Shown here piece after piece: positions 51,001 to 62,938 of a DNA stretch of 64,000 nt. Source of the stretch: Magallana gigas (Eukaryota); assembly GCF_963853765.1 (NCBI RefSeq), contig NC_088856.1, forward strand, positions 32,798,001 through 32,862,000. Reading direction: 5' to 3'. Position 1 is the stretch's first letter. Each line of letters starts with the position of its first letter. The notes under the pieces were generated by a model. The model was not told where the DNA came from, ran no database searches, and saw only the letters and a list, made by a program, of their open reading frames with translations. The translations under genes and the position numbers were made by a program.

Positions 51001-54000
51001 AATTAATTAATCCCATTATGCTTTAAGGTTACTTATTTTTTGCGATATGAAAAAAATGAGCAAGATCACACACCCTAGATATGCTTCCACATTACATGAC
51101 AATGTCTCACATAATGAATGGCAGGGTATACAATCAATTCTTAAATAATTTTATATAGGGGCATTACTCCAAATCAAGTTCAAAAGTGCCAAATTCCCAG
51201 AAAAATTTCCTTGGTATATTTCCTGGTAGTATGGATATCAAAAAATTGTGTCCTAAATACCTACAAAGTTTCAAAACATTCTGTGAAGTGCTTAAAAGGA
51301 GTATTGCTGTCAAACAGTTCATCACTACTCAATATATGGCCAAAATTCTAAGTTGAAAAGGGATGAAATTTCAAGGGAAAAAACGAAATCTGAATTTCCT
51401 GGTAATATGCACATTTACATAATGTGTCCTGAATGCCTGCAAAGTTTCACAAAATTCTGTGCTGTGGTTTTAAAGGAGTCTACCCTACATAAAAAGGCTT
51501 TGTTGCAAATAAAAGCATGTCTGGTATAGTGGTTATTGAAAACCAAAATGTAAAAATTACTGAAAGGCAGACAGACATCAGACAAAATTTGATGAGAAAA
51601 GTTCATTTGAGCCTTGAACCTAATAAGTGCCTAACCCTACATGTATATACGTTAAGTCTTTAAAAATTTCCAGAAGCAAAATATATGTATACAAAAATAT
51701 CATATATAAAAGTACATAAAATTCGTAATTTTAAATTAGGCAAATCTTTATATATTGCCAAAATGTGCCAAAATTTAATCCCTGTGAAAAAAATCAAGCC
51801 ATGATTAATTCCCCTTTTTCAAATCTTGCAATAAAAACAAAATATATGCCTGAGAAACTCGAAGATGTTTTATATTGGCCTTAAGCGAGAATATTGTAAA
51901 TCTATTGAAACTCTTTGTATTAACCATAAAGTTAACATGTATGCAGCAAGTTTTTAACATTTTTCCTCTAAATTCTCACGCACTTTTTTTTTCCAACAAA
52001 AGGTTAAAAATAAGAATTATCGTTTCTTACAAAAATAATTTCGTATGGCAGATATTTTTATAACAATAAATAAAGCATGCCTAGAGCAAGAAAAATTTAA
52101 GTGCCTACAATTTTGACAGGAGTACTATCGACTGTTTTCAGATTTGGAACAGATGGCTGCATAGACATTGAGGGAGGACGCCCTTTAAAGAAGTTAATTC
52201 CTGTCAAAGTTCGGCGACGATCACGGTCAACCTGCCGCTTGCTTCCTTTTTTCTGAACTTCTTCTTCCTCACAATCAAAATCATTTGATTCGTGTTGTGA
52301 TGAAAGTGAGGACTGCAACAATGTATAAGTATATTGAGTAGATTATGTACAAAGCACACACACACACACACTGCATGTCTTGTGATGAATATACAAAGCT
52401 GAAAAATGAAAATGTGTAGCAAACAATGTGTAACAAAAAGAGGTGAATTACAGATCATACAAATGTGAAGATAACAGAAGGGCTATGCTCATGACTATGC
52501 CTAACAATTACAGGAATTAGATTCATCATTTCCTGAGAAACTTTACTTTAATTAAGTTATTAATTACCCAGAAAAAAATATCCTATGTTTCTTTATGACA
52601 CACATGTTCCAGAATTTTTAGAGACATATTCGTTAACACATAAACTAATTTTAAAAAAAATACATGTATACTGAAATCTAAATGGACATAGGAATTTGTT
52701 TAAGCATATATGGAGTATATATACAGTGCAATACTTAGTGCATATATCATAACATCAAACACTGTGCTCCCAATTTGATTCTGCTCCATCTGACTTAATC
52801 TATTAATGCCAAGTTCTGCAATCTTCAGTCAGACTGTCCTCAGCCATAGTTTCTATCAAGTTTACCGGTCAAGTAATTGACGATACTAAGACATGTATCA
52901 GACGGGACAGAAAAATAACAATTTTGGAAGCACAGCTTAGAAAGCAGTTAAATTCTATAGCATCAAATCTACTACAAAGCCACACAGAAAGGAAAGGCAA
53001 GCCATCAACATCTTCTTACCGAAATGTACGAGGGATGAGAAACGACCTTCTCGCTCAGGCTCAAAGTGGTATCCACCATTACTTGAAACATCATCTTGAC
53101 AAACATCTCTATGTCATCTGCCATGTCTTTTTCCTGCCAAATATGTTGGTTGGTTTGAGACATGTAACAAATACTCATGAGTGCAGATCATATTGATTAC
53201 ATGTAATTTCATAATAGAAAATATTAAAATGTGCTCAGTACCTGTTTGAGTTTGAATAGTTTATCCAGTAGGTCTCCTAGCGTATTAGTCACAAGTTGCA
53301 GAAAAGTCTTTTGTAGCAAGCAATTTCGAACCTGAGATACACACAAAGGCAGCAAAACACTGCGAGATTCTGTAATTATAGACACACTAAATATAAGATA
53401 CCTGAAAAAGTGGTTATTTACGCTGGTGGTTAAGTACGCGCTTTCTATAGTCAAACAATGAGTATTAAATACTCTCGAATTAAATAATTAGATGTGATTT
53501 ACCACACTAATGTTTTGATTTCTTTACCATAAACATGGGGGGTAAGGTAATTTACATGGTTTAAAGATTACTGCGTGACAAGTATAGATTTTCCCCACTT
53601 AAATTAACACTTTCATACAAAAGAAAAACAAATCCTACGAAGAAAAAAATCAAAATCTATGGAAAAATGCAAAAATTTTGTTTCTAATAATTCCAAAAGG
53701 GTCCAATAGTAAAATTTATGTTTGAGAAGACCCCAAGATCAAGATAAATTAAGACGTTAAATGTCCATCACAGTAGTAAAAATTCATGTAAAAATCTTAA
53801 TTAGAGTCTTGTGTTAGAATAAGTATAGACTCTGCCTTGTTAAACATATAACTTTACCATCATCAATGAAGAGCTCAGAGTTGACAATTTCACGGATAAA
53901 TTCCATCTTGTTCCTGGCCACATCTTCTGAGATCTCTCGTGGAGAGGGCAGTTTGGAAATTACCGCCTTGACATATTCAGCAAGCTCTCTTTTGGTCATG

Positions 54001-57000
54001 ACCACTACAAAAGTCTCAAAGGACTTCTGGAGGTTGGACAACAGGGCCATCTAGGTAATACACACAGTGCTGATTAGTCCACTGTAACTGCCAGCTTAAG
54101 AACATTCACTGACCACACACTCATACGAGTGCTCTATGTAATGTCTGTCAAGTACTAACCTGTGAGATCTTAAGTTTCTGATCCTTGCTAGACAGAAGAA
54201 GCCCAAAGCTGTCAAACAGCTTGGCAATCAGAATGCTGAATTCTTGGTCTGACTGAGGATTGACACACATTGGGCTACAGAAGAAAAACCCACCATGCAC
54301 ATTTACCAATATTTAGCATCGAAATTGTACACAGTTTTCATTAAGGATATTTGCAACAAACGTCTTTAAAATGTAGTAAATATTTATATGATTATGCCAC
54401 ATCCAAGCACCCATAAATTGAAAAATTGTCGGGGTAGGAAACAAATTAAATACATTTACAGTATAGTTTGAATAACATTTTGTAAGATATTATCAGTTTC
54501 ATGTATATCATGGCATTCAATGCATCAATATTACTGTTTGTAGCCAATGTCTAAAGCCAAACATTCAATAAAATTTTATAATGTTTAGATCTCTCAGTAT
54601 ACTTAAAAGAATACCAGCACCAGTCATTTCAATATACCTGGTAAATACCAGTGTCCCAATTATCATGAGCATTTTACCCTGAAAATGCTGAATGGCTGTA
54701 CTTAATTTGTCAACTATGAGATCAAAAGTTAGTTTGAAGACTGCTTTTTCTCACGATTTTGTTGAATATTTCCTGATACGGTTTTCTACAGATATAAGTA
54801 CTCATATATAAATGAATCACTTACTTAAGAGTCTCTAGTTCTCGAGAGCGAACGATAAACCTCACCAGTGGAGCGAGCACCTATATTAGACAAAACACCA
54901 ATCTATGGTATAACTTTTAAAAACATGGCAAATACAGTGGTCTAACCACAGCAATAAGTTCTGTGAATTTCATTAGTAAAGTTTGTAATACCTTGAGTGA
55001 CATGGCCACAGGAAATGACTCCCCGTTGACAGCTCTCTCAATGCCAGAGGAGAACAAGGACATCAGATGGCTGAAATCAGAAAACACAGGAGACACTGAA
55101 ACTGAATCCACTTGATTCCATGAGTGATTTAAAACTCGCCAACTCTTTTTGGTCTTGGTGGTAACTGTAGACTTACGTATGGACTAGGGGGGAGGTGAAC
55201 GTCTCTTTGAGGTAACTGTCTAGGACAGGGACAAAGTTCTCAAAGCGACTGTCTAGCAGCAGATTCAAAATAAAAGTCTGACAAAGAAACACAACATTAA
55301 CACACAAAAAGATACACTGCTCTAAGATATAATAATGGAAAAACATGAATCATCTAATAAAAGCAAACTAGAACTTACTAAAGCATGGAACACTTTGGTA
55401 TAATATGGGGTTTGGTTGCCAGCTTGTAGCATCTCAAACAAAGCATCAAGAATGTCGGACAGAAACTGACAAAACACAAGAACAGGATGACAATCTGTGA
55501 TCAAACAAAGTCAGAAACAATACACCCTGATGACTGTACAGCGCGAACAGACACTTTTTACTGACATCCCCCCATACCTTCATTATCTCTCCTCCCTGGA
55601 GTTTCATTAGTTTATCCAGATTTTTATCCAGGTCGGACATGCAGTCTTTCCATTTCAAAATTCCAAGGAGTTCAGCTAAAACAAAATGATTACACATTTT
55701 TAACAACAGCCCTGTCACCAAAAATCATTCCAAATGAAAAATCTTGCCTACAATTCAAGAACAGAATAATGTAGGTTCCTTTCTTAATGCAGGTATTTAT
55801 TTCAGTGATTCAACTGTTTTACATCAAATCGCAAGAATATAAAATTGCAAACACCAAATTTCAGAATTTTTGACAAAAGCACAAGTTTGAAAATTCTAAT
55901 CCTAGTATCCAATCCCAAATCATGGAAGATTCTTTGTACAGTATCTTGTTTTTACTCCATTCATTTTTGATTTTTAAATATCCACTTTTAGTAGCTTTGA
56001 GACACAAGGTAATACTTTTATCATTTCATCAGTAGTGTGGAAAATTCATTACATCACACTCATAGTGCAATTAAAAGAATGCCTTACATAAGCAACATTC
56101 ACCGTAATCATGTGATAAATGGAAACACTAAGATGTACTGGTAATACTAAGGTGAGTGAATTCAAACTTTTTTCATTGCCCTGACTTACATGTCTGTGTG
56201 AACTTGGTTGATGTCAGTTTGGTGGAGACTTGCATGGTCTCCTTCGGACTGCGGACGTACGGCAGAGATTTTGATATGAACACTGATTGGCGAGGCATCC
56301 CCCAGTCATCCACCAGAAATGGCATGGTTTTGTACTTCTCATACTTGATTTTACTTGGATCCTCACACTGCAACACAGGTGAGACGTCAAATATTTTCTA
56401 CAGCTAAAATTACGAGGGGTAATACCCACTGCTTCTCAGTGTAATATGCTTACCTTATATATACAAAGATTGTGAAATGCATCTTTTATAACAATGTCTT
56501 CATCGTCTGTCAATCTCATGAAAGCAAATCCACACAGTTTTTTCTCTGCCTTACTCGCTTTAGCTAGAATGAATAAGATAATGCATATAAACAACATCAC
56601 TGTGTGTACCTATTGAACACAGTTCAGTATTTCAACATAATCACTACATGTGAATGTAAACTTACTTGAGCAATGGGAGATTTCAAACAGTACACTTGAT
56701 CCTGGAAACTTTTCCATTGGTATGGAGATCTAAATGTATTGTAAGACATCGTTAAATGCAAGAAGGGAGATTCAATAAATGAGACTTCTGTGTAGATAAT
56801 GCTTCTTGTGTATGGTAGTTCAGTGATGGACAGTTACATACCCTGACAATTTCCCCCCATTTTGGTCCATTGTTATGATATAGTACGCTGGATCGGAATG
56901 TGTCTTGTAAATCTTCCGCATAACCATAATTTATACATTTCTGAAACAATAATACACCTGTACAAACACATCAAAGTTATTGAAAAAAATGAATATGAGG

Positions 57001-60000
57001 TATCAAGTTTTTAATATGATAAAAAGAACTTTTTAATGACATAAGCTAATATAAATTACATGTGAAACTTTTCAATGAAAGAAACAAAAGTAAGGCTTTT
57101 TGCTTAATGGACTTTGTGAAGAAAATTCTTTACCAAAATATTTCGCTGCTCTTAACATGGGTTTCCTTATACATTTTAAATTTTTTTTTATGCTCAACTT
57201 GTAATGATTTTTTTTTTTTTAACATCATGTTGGCAAGTATCAAAGAAGTAAATGGGGTTATCTAGATTAATTCTTAATTGCACTGACGACTTAATACGAA
57301 ATGAACTATTTTGACCACACTTTACAAACTAAGCCTCTCTCTGTAAACTATGGCCATCATTTTCTGAGTATATTAAATCGAAGCTTGCCGTACTGGAATG
57401 TGGCGTCCTTCCTTGTCTAACACTGTCACTTTTACTTCCACATTTTTCTGAGCTTTTTTACCATCTCTATCAAAATCCCCCTCACGCAGTTCCAAGTACA
57501 CATCATTACGGACTTCCCCTGCACATCAAATGTTCAAAACACATGTACTTGATTAGTTTAAGATTTCTTTGGGTTTGGAGTAGTTTAACCCACAAGGCAT
57601 GCACTATTTAGCAGTCCACAACAGAGCATAAAACTTAAGATGCTTTACAATGTTGAACATATCATGGTAGCAGGTAAATCGTTAAAGTACTGTATATCCA
57701 TTTTTTTTGCATATCATAAACTTTGCTATAATGGGGTACATATGTAACCTTTTTATTTGCATCAAGATTAACAAATTTTTGCAATTTACAAACTTTCTAA
57801 TAGCAAACAATACTGGATATTATTTCTGCATATTGTGTTTTTTGCAATGCAGAATAAAGTTCTCACATAAAATAAAGAATCTATAGTATAGATATTTATA
57901 CATAGCTTGAGTCTTGGCACCGAATCTGATAGAGAATTATAAAACATTCAACATAATGTCCCATAATCAAATCTAATGAGGAATACCTAGTAAATGTATC
58001 CCAAAGACAAAAACTGTAGAAGGTAACACACACTTAAGCAATGGGTTTTAATCACAGGCAGGATGGGGTCTCCATTAAGCATTTTCTACAGCAAGCATCT
58101 ATTTATCTCACTTTTAAGATTAACATGATAGGAACGGGAATTTCTAAATAGCATTCAAACATGAACAATCAGATGTTTGAAGTAAAGCTATACCTGTCTC
58201 CTGAATATCATATGCTACACATATATGGGAATAACTGACAGATGACTACCCAGTACATTACTGTTGAACCATGCAGACATGAAAAATGAATGGATTCTTA
58301 GGTATGGATTATCACACATTTACATGTGGATGAAATGATGACCAATGCTCCCCACAGACCAATACAGCAAATATCATAATGCATTTTAAAGAAGAGCCCT
58401 GATGATCATTAAATGATAATCAATATAACTCCAAAGCAGACAACCAGTATTACCAGGGTTAATAACATCAGAGAAGTCCATTTTTTGTATCACAGCCAAT
58501 CCTTTGGTAAATAGCATGGGATGTTCAGTCTGACATTTTTTCAGGTCACCTGTGATGATTTTCACAGCCAGATGTAGACCTGTAAACAGAAAAAAAAAAT
58601 TCTTTATGCAAAGGCAAGGAAAACACTTGTAGGTGCACATAAAAAATAAAACAACTCACTAGATTTAATATTAGCTTCAAAAATATCTGAAATTAACAAT
58701 AATTCTTCATTCAGATTCATACCAAGACTTGCCCGTTCTGGATTTGATGCAGAAGCTTTGAGTTGGCTGGAACTGGCAGATGAGGATATACTATAACGTT
58801 TGATCAAGGATTCATGGAATTCTGAGAATATGCTGTCATCAGTACAGCTGTAATACAAACAATGTATTGTGTAATCAATTAAGTCACAAAAAACCATGAT
58901 CATATTTCACTGTCACTGCTGTTAGATGAATTGAACTTTTTTCAATGAGCTTTAATATTTTGTATATAAAAAGGATCACCTAATATTACCATCTCCACTC
59001 ACCTCACAACCTTTAAGTTACACTCATATAAATCATCTACAATGTCCATTTGTTCCTGAATTTCTCGAACACTTAACACTGAAAAGAATTGAGAAAATTC
59101 AGTATGTCTATTAACAATTTGTTTCTGTTGCTTGCATTTGTTTGTAGTTAGTAGTTTTGTACATGCATCTGTTTCGAGTTTACATAATACATCTACAACA
59201 TAAGTGTAATAGGGTGAAAATTGACAGTTATCATGATAGCAGCAAAGACTTCACATTTTTGAGATTCTGACCATCTGAAATGGCACAGGTTTCATAAAAG
59301 ACATAAGGATGGAACTAAGCTTTAATTAGTCTTTCACTTCTCTTATAGAAACAACAGCCCAAGGTCAAGGTCATCCTTCATTATACAACCACACAAAGAG
59401 TAATTAAAAAATATAGCAGATTGCGTCATAGGAGGAGATCATATTCACTAGAGATTAGCTATGACCTTGAAACTTGGTTTAATTTTGTGTTTAAGTATGA
59501 GCCAGATAGGGCCAAGGGAGAGAAAAATATGCTGCGGACATGATGATATAGGCATACCAACAAAATATGCTGCAGACATGATGACAGGCAGACCAACAAA
59601 ATATGCTTCAGAAATGATGATAGGCATACCAACAAAATATTCTGCAGAAATGATGATATTAGGCAGACCAACAAAATATGCTGTGGACACGATGACAGGC
59701 AGACCAACAAAATATGCTGCAGAAACGATGATAGGCAGACCAACAAAATATGCTGTGGACACGATGACAGGCAGACCAACAAAATATGCTGCAGAAATGA
59801 TGATAGGCAGACCAACAAAATATGCTGCAGAAATGATGATAGGCAGACCAACAAAATATGCTGTGGACACGATGACAGGCAGACCAACAACCCTAGCAGA
59901 CAGACTTTTCAATATACAGCCCCGAAAGTTGGGCCCAAAACCATCCTACCTCCAACCCCCCAGGGCCGTCTGTATGGTGATGTAAGGGGCTTCTTGTGTT

Positions 60001-62938
60001 CCTTGTGATCATGTAACATTCGACCTAAACAAAGGACAAAAAAGAATGAGATAAACCAATGTAAACCAATACATGTAACTGTTATACCATTACATCGATG
60101 ATTACTGTTCTATTTCACACTATACAGACTTATCTCTATCATTTAATGTTCCTAACTTTTTAAACATACCATATCTGTATATACGAACAACAAGGAATAA
60201 ATTTTTGTTCACATCCTCTGGTGAAAGATCCTGGAATAAGAATTATGTTTGTTCTTTAAGAATTCATACTGTAATATATCAATATCATACAATCAACACA
60301 AATTTCAGTAAAAACACTGGTACACAGATTAACTGTGCATAAAAATATGCATGTGTCAATCAATGAAAACACGTTCACAGTAGTAAAAAACTAACATAAT
60401 TTGCATAGCCTTCTGGACCCAACTACCAGTATAATGAATAATGAATACAAAAATAGGTCTTACAGTAAAAAGAGAATTCAAGATATCTGATCTCTCCACA
60501 TCCACAGGAAATCCATTCTTGTTCAGTCGGATTTCATACTGTTCACTACAACAGCAAAGCATTTGTTATAAAACAGTCTTCATATCATGTATAAACAAGT
60601 CACCTTCAGCAGTTGTGAAGCAAGAATTACCACTGAGAAAAAAAATAAAACCTAATTCTCACTTAATAAGTCAGCTAGGATTATCCCTAAATTATTATTC
60701 TGTGCATTTCTGACCAATTATCACTCAAAAGGAATCTTTGTTGTTATATGTGAAAGGACTACAATGTGAATGAGTCACCTGATAAATTTGTCTTCTTTGG
60801 CACTGTATATGGAGAGATATACGATAGAGTCATCGGCTATATTACACTGATTGCTGCGATAACACACGAGAAGATTAAATATATTCCCTTCCTCTGTGCG
60901 GCAGGACTCTGTGGGTAATCGTGTTCGCTTTGTCTAAAACAACACAGAAAAATAGGCATTCAATGTTACAAAAATTAATTGATGGGTGGTGAAATTCCAC
61001 CTCGGGGACCAAATTGACTTTCTAGGACATGGCTTGGACAAATCATGAGGAACTTCAATATATAACACAAGTACTGGTATATAATGAATGATTATTTTTC
61101 TCCTACTAATTTACATTTGTACATAAATGAAAACTGGTATTGTAAATCATCATCAAAATCAAAATTTCTCATGATGATTCTTTAAAAAAATTAATACATC
61201 ATCAAAGGGACTATACCTCAAAACAGTTTTAACGATATGTAAAAATTCAAAACAGATTTCAATTTGTTTAAAATGGAAAGACAAATTTAAGAAATTTCTA
61301 TTTACAATTCTGATTTATCCATATATGTGCTACAGACCAAAAATAGATTGCTCCATTCCTTGACTGTGCATCCTATTTATGCTATATAGAACTACACTCA
61401 TCATTTCTCCACTCCTTGAGATTTATATAGTACTACACTCATCAGATACTTACAGACTTAGTGCCGAGTTTCTCCACTCCTTGACTGTGCACCCTGTGCA
61501 GTTCTACATAGCACTATACACATATTATACTTACAGACTTAGTGTGCAGTTGCTCTATTCCTTGACATTGCACTTGTGCAGTTCTATATAGTAATATACA
61601 CATATTATACTTAGACTTGGTGTGGAGTTTCTCTATTCCTTGACTGTGCACCCTGTGCAGTTCTATTCTGTATAGTACTACACACATATTATACTTACAG
61701 ACTTAGTGCTGCGGAGTTTCTCCACTCCTTGACTGTGCACCCTGTGCAGTTCTATGACACTGCACTCATCAGGATTAAGCTCCTGGCCATTTTTTCTTGG
61801 AATAAAATCCATTCCTAACTGCCTGTTAAAACATATTTATATATCATACAAAAAATGATTACTGTTTATCAAGTATTATCATTTTTCATTATATTAGGAA
61901 GCTTCCATTTTCTGCTTTAGCCCTGTACACCTTCAAAACCAAAGCTTCAAAAGGCTAAAATTTTAGTAGTTTTATAAGGGCATATTAAATTAGAAAAGGT
62001 CTCTACTACTGTTTGAACTACAGTATACACCTTGCCTAATTTTCAAATGTGATACAATTATTTCAGAATGCAACAGTTGAATGTGGTAATATATCAGAAA
62101 ATTCTTACTGAAAAATATAGAAATGGCACTGACAATCTTACTTTTATGTGAAAAAGGAACATAAAGCAGAAAGCAAGAATTTCATTTCAATTCACAAACT
62201 CTTCCTGCCTTTCCCTGCCCTTGTCATCTCCCCCCCCCCCCCCCCCCCCCCACACTCCCTGTAAGCCTCACCCGTTTCCCCAGTCTACAAGCGTGGCAAT
62301 TTCTTCTCGTAGACTGGTAGCTTGTTCCGCTGACAGAGTGTCCTTTAGGAGTCGGCCTCGAAGTACAGTCAGATCTGCCATCACTACGGCCACATCGTCC
62401 AGCATCTGGCTCCATCCCTGGAAAAATAGACAGTTATCTCATTTAATCTTTCCTTTTCCTTTAAAGCACATAGAAAAATAAGACTCTGTATTTACTGAAT
62501 TTGTTTGGGGTGAGCTTTTGAGGGTTATCAATTTACATTTATTAAAACAAATAAATAGGAAAGTAAGTTTATTAATCAATAGCATCAAAAATAATAAAAG
62601 ACTGTCTCTTTATTTGTTATAAAATCTGTTATTGAGCCAATATTAATTCTGATGATTCCATTTTATTAACCATTCTATAACTTTAAATTTTAGAACTTTT
62701 ATTTCAACATTTTCATTATATTTTTTTGACATGTAAAATTATACAGCCACTTTTTTTTTACAACTTCCATATAACTACATAAAAAATAACATCAACAACA
62801 ACAACAAAAATACAAGATCAATCTGGAATTCCTACTTGACAGAGGTACTTGGTCTTCCAGGTTTGGAACCATTCACGTAGGCCAAAGGTCAGTTCTCTGA
62901 CCATGTGGTCTTCTTTTGGAATGACTGTTTGGTATTGT
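26407..62938 (-). CDS. Dedicator of cytokinesis protein, DOCK3/4 (DOCK-B)-like Rac GEF; 5'-partial, 46 core exons, about 1860 aa in window
   Basis: Phase-consistent exons: 62836-62938, 62272-62417, 61699-61822, 60779-60933, 60464-60545, 60170-60230, 59950-60024, 59003-59078, 58660-58847, 58454-58579, 57394-57518, 56842-56940, 56666-56729, 56454-56563, 56190-56367, 55578-55675, 55379-55465, 55177-55277, 54992-55070, 54825-54880, 54160-54274, 53858-54050, 53242-53369, 53020-53133, 48035-48127, 47539-47633, 47320-47398, 46544-46703, 46312-46460, 46131-46219, 37778-37876, 36695-36755, 33770-34012, 33277-33363, 32748-32894, 32468-32609, 31922-32091, 31332-31598, 30731-30994, 30449-30543, 29657-29741, 28522-28692, 27467-27518, 27290-27325, 26799-26869, 26407-26652. 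Motifs: [14 protein letters not shown]; DHR-1/C2 (EVRNDVYL; [12 protein letters not shown]); DHR-2 ([13 protein letters not shown]; YFRVAYYG; NKVFIYRG; [24 protein letters not shown] with the nucleotide-sensor Val); proline-rich tail. Confidence 0.93.
30604..30775. repeat. Degenerate array (about 35 bp) of DOCK exon end plus donor
   Basis: CTTACCCTCACT(A/G)AGGACA appears at 30622 and 30726, with decayed copies between. Confidence 0.7.
31625..31841. mobile_element. Short MITE with imperfect TIRs of about 40 bp (TACTGTGGAA...)
   Basis: Left end tactgtggaagcatt..aatttttcgt; right end acgaaaattg..aatgattccacagca. Confidence 0.65.
33040..33290. repeat. Degenerate repeats of a GC splice-donor junction
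   Basis: ACTTGCCAGAAT near 33053, 33099, 33185 and 33271 (true donor); decayed copy at 33231. Confidence 0.8.
34988..35149. repeat. 162-bp fold-back palindrome with a 3-nt loop
   Basis: Arms of about 80 bp are complementary apart from two small indels; apex AAAGCCC-TTC-GGGCTTT. Confidence 0.95.
37330..37790. repeat. Degenerate array (about 33 bp) containing the DOCK exon end plus donor
   Basis: GATTTGAGGTGTTTTACCTGTAGTGTACTCT is repeated; TTACCTGTAG matches the true junction at 37774-37783. Confidence 0.85.
38702..38879. repeat. 178-bp near-perfect palindrome with no spacer
   Basis: 89-bp arms with 2 mismatches, centred on AGA|TCT at 38790/38791. Confidence 0.95.
40178..40321. repeat. 47-bp tandem repeat, 3 copies
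   Basis: Unit ACAGATCATATACAACTCAACATCAGTCAACGCTGCAACACAACGAG; period measured at 40178 and 40225. Confidence 0.92.
40643..40869 (-). CDS. Candidate alternative first coding exon of the DOCK gene (75 aa), in frame with exon 37778-37876
   Basis: GC-rich island in an AT-rich intron. ATG 40869, open to the donor AG|GTTGGT (GT 40642-41) in phase 2, matching the next DOCK exon. In-frame TAG upstream of the ATG. Possible acceptor at 41013-14. Confidence 0.65.
43083..43142. repeat. (CT)n microsatellite
   Basis: Directly visible. Confidence 0.98.
44310..44460. repeat. Decayed fold-back palindrome
   Basis: Arms gatctcgtgatttgtagttggatatgattttcatccaac and gttggataaaaatcatattatactacaaatcatgagatt flank a partly self-complementary centre. 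Confidence 0.7.
44960..45290 (+). mobile_element. Pearl/Helentron-like non-autonomous element
   Basis: (GACG)n microsatellite followed by the 3' hairpin TAGGGCACCCGCAAATCCTTGCGGGGCCCTA at 45256-45286. Related decayed copy at about 42720-42950. Confidence 0.75.
45595..45925. repeat. 17-bp minisatellite TGTAGGTCTTTACATGC, about 19 copies
   Basis: Directly visible degenerate array. Confidence 0.9.
47968..48008. repeat. (GA)n microsatellite
   Basis: Directly visible. Confidence 0.98.
49088..49300 (+). mobile_element. tRNA-derived SINE with a V/Meta-type core, 5'-truncated
   Basis: B-box GAGTTCGATCCCC at 49101; core GTGGGTTCTCTCCGGGTACTCCGGCTTCTTCCCACA; A-rich/short-repeat tail. Confidence 0.8.
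50426..50491 (-). CDS. Candidate phase-0/0 small cassette exon of DOCK (22 aa)
   Basis: Acceptor ttcattgcaag, donor AGT|GTAAAT, 66 nt open: [22 protein letters not shown]. Splice sites are only moderate. Confidence 0.35.
51130..51610 (+). mobile_element. Helentron-like element with satellite-type core units
   Basis: Two related units (aatttcc(t)tggta..caaagtttca..aaattctgtg) followed by a CAGA microsatellite. Confidence 0.55.
52109..52312 (-). CDS. Candidate phase-0/0 cassette exon of DOCK (68 aa)
   Basis: Acceptor ttgttgcag, donor ATT|GTAGGC, 204 nt with no stop: [68 protein letters not shown]. Confidence 0.6.
53401..53620. mobile_element. Inverted, decayed copy of the 20149-20355 MITE
   Basis: ctgaaaaagtggttatttacgctggtggttaagtacgcg is approximately the reverse complement of 20317-20354. 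Confidence 0.65.
59527..59890. repeat. 36-bp minisatellite, about 10 copies
   Basis: Unit AACAAAATATGCTGCAGAAATGATGATAGGCAGACC; period measured at 59701 and 59737. Confidence 0.95.
61350..61762. repeat. Tandem array (about 81 bp) of the DOCK exon 3' half plus donor
   Basis: TACTTACAGACTTAGTG..GAGTTTCTCCACTCCTTGACTGTGCACCCTGTGCAGTTCTA is repeated. Donors at 61452, 61533 and 61697 (true). Confidence 0.9.

Noticed and set aside
59448-59985. Three overlapping repeat-protein ORFs
   Set aside because: Artefact of a stop-free 36-bp (12-codon) VNTR inside a DOCK intron.
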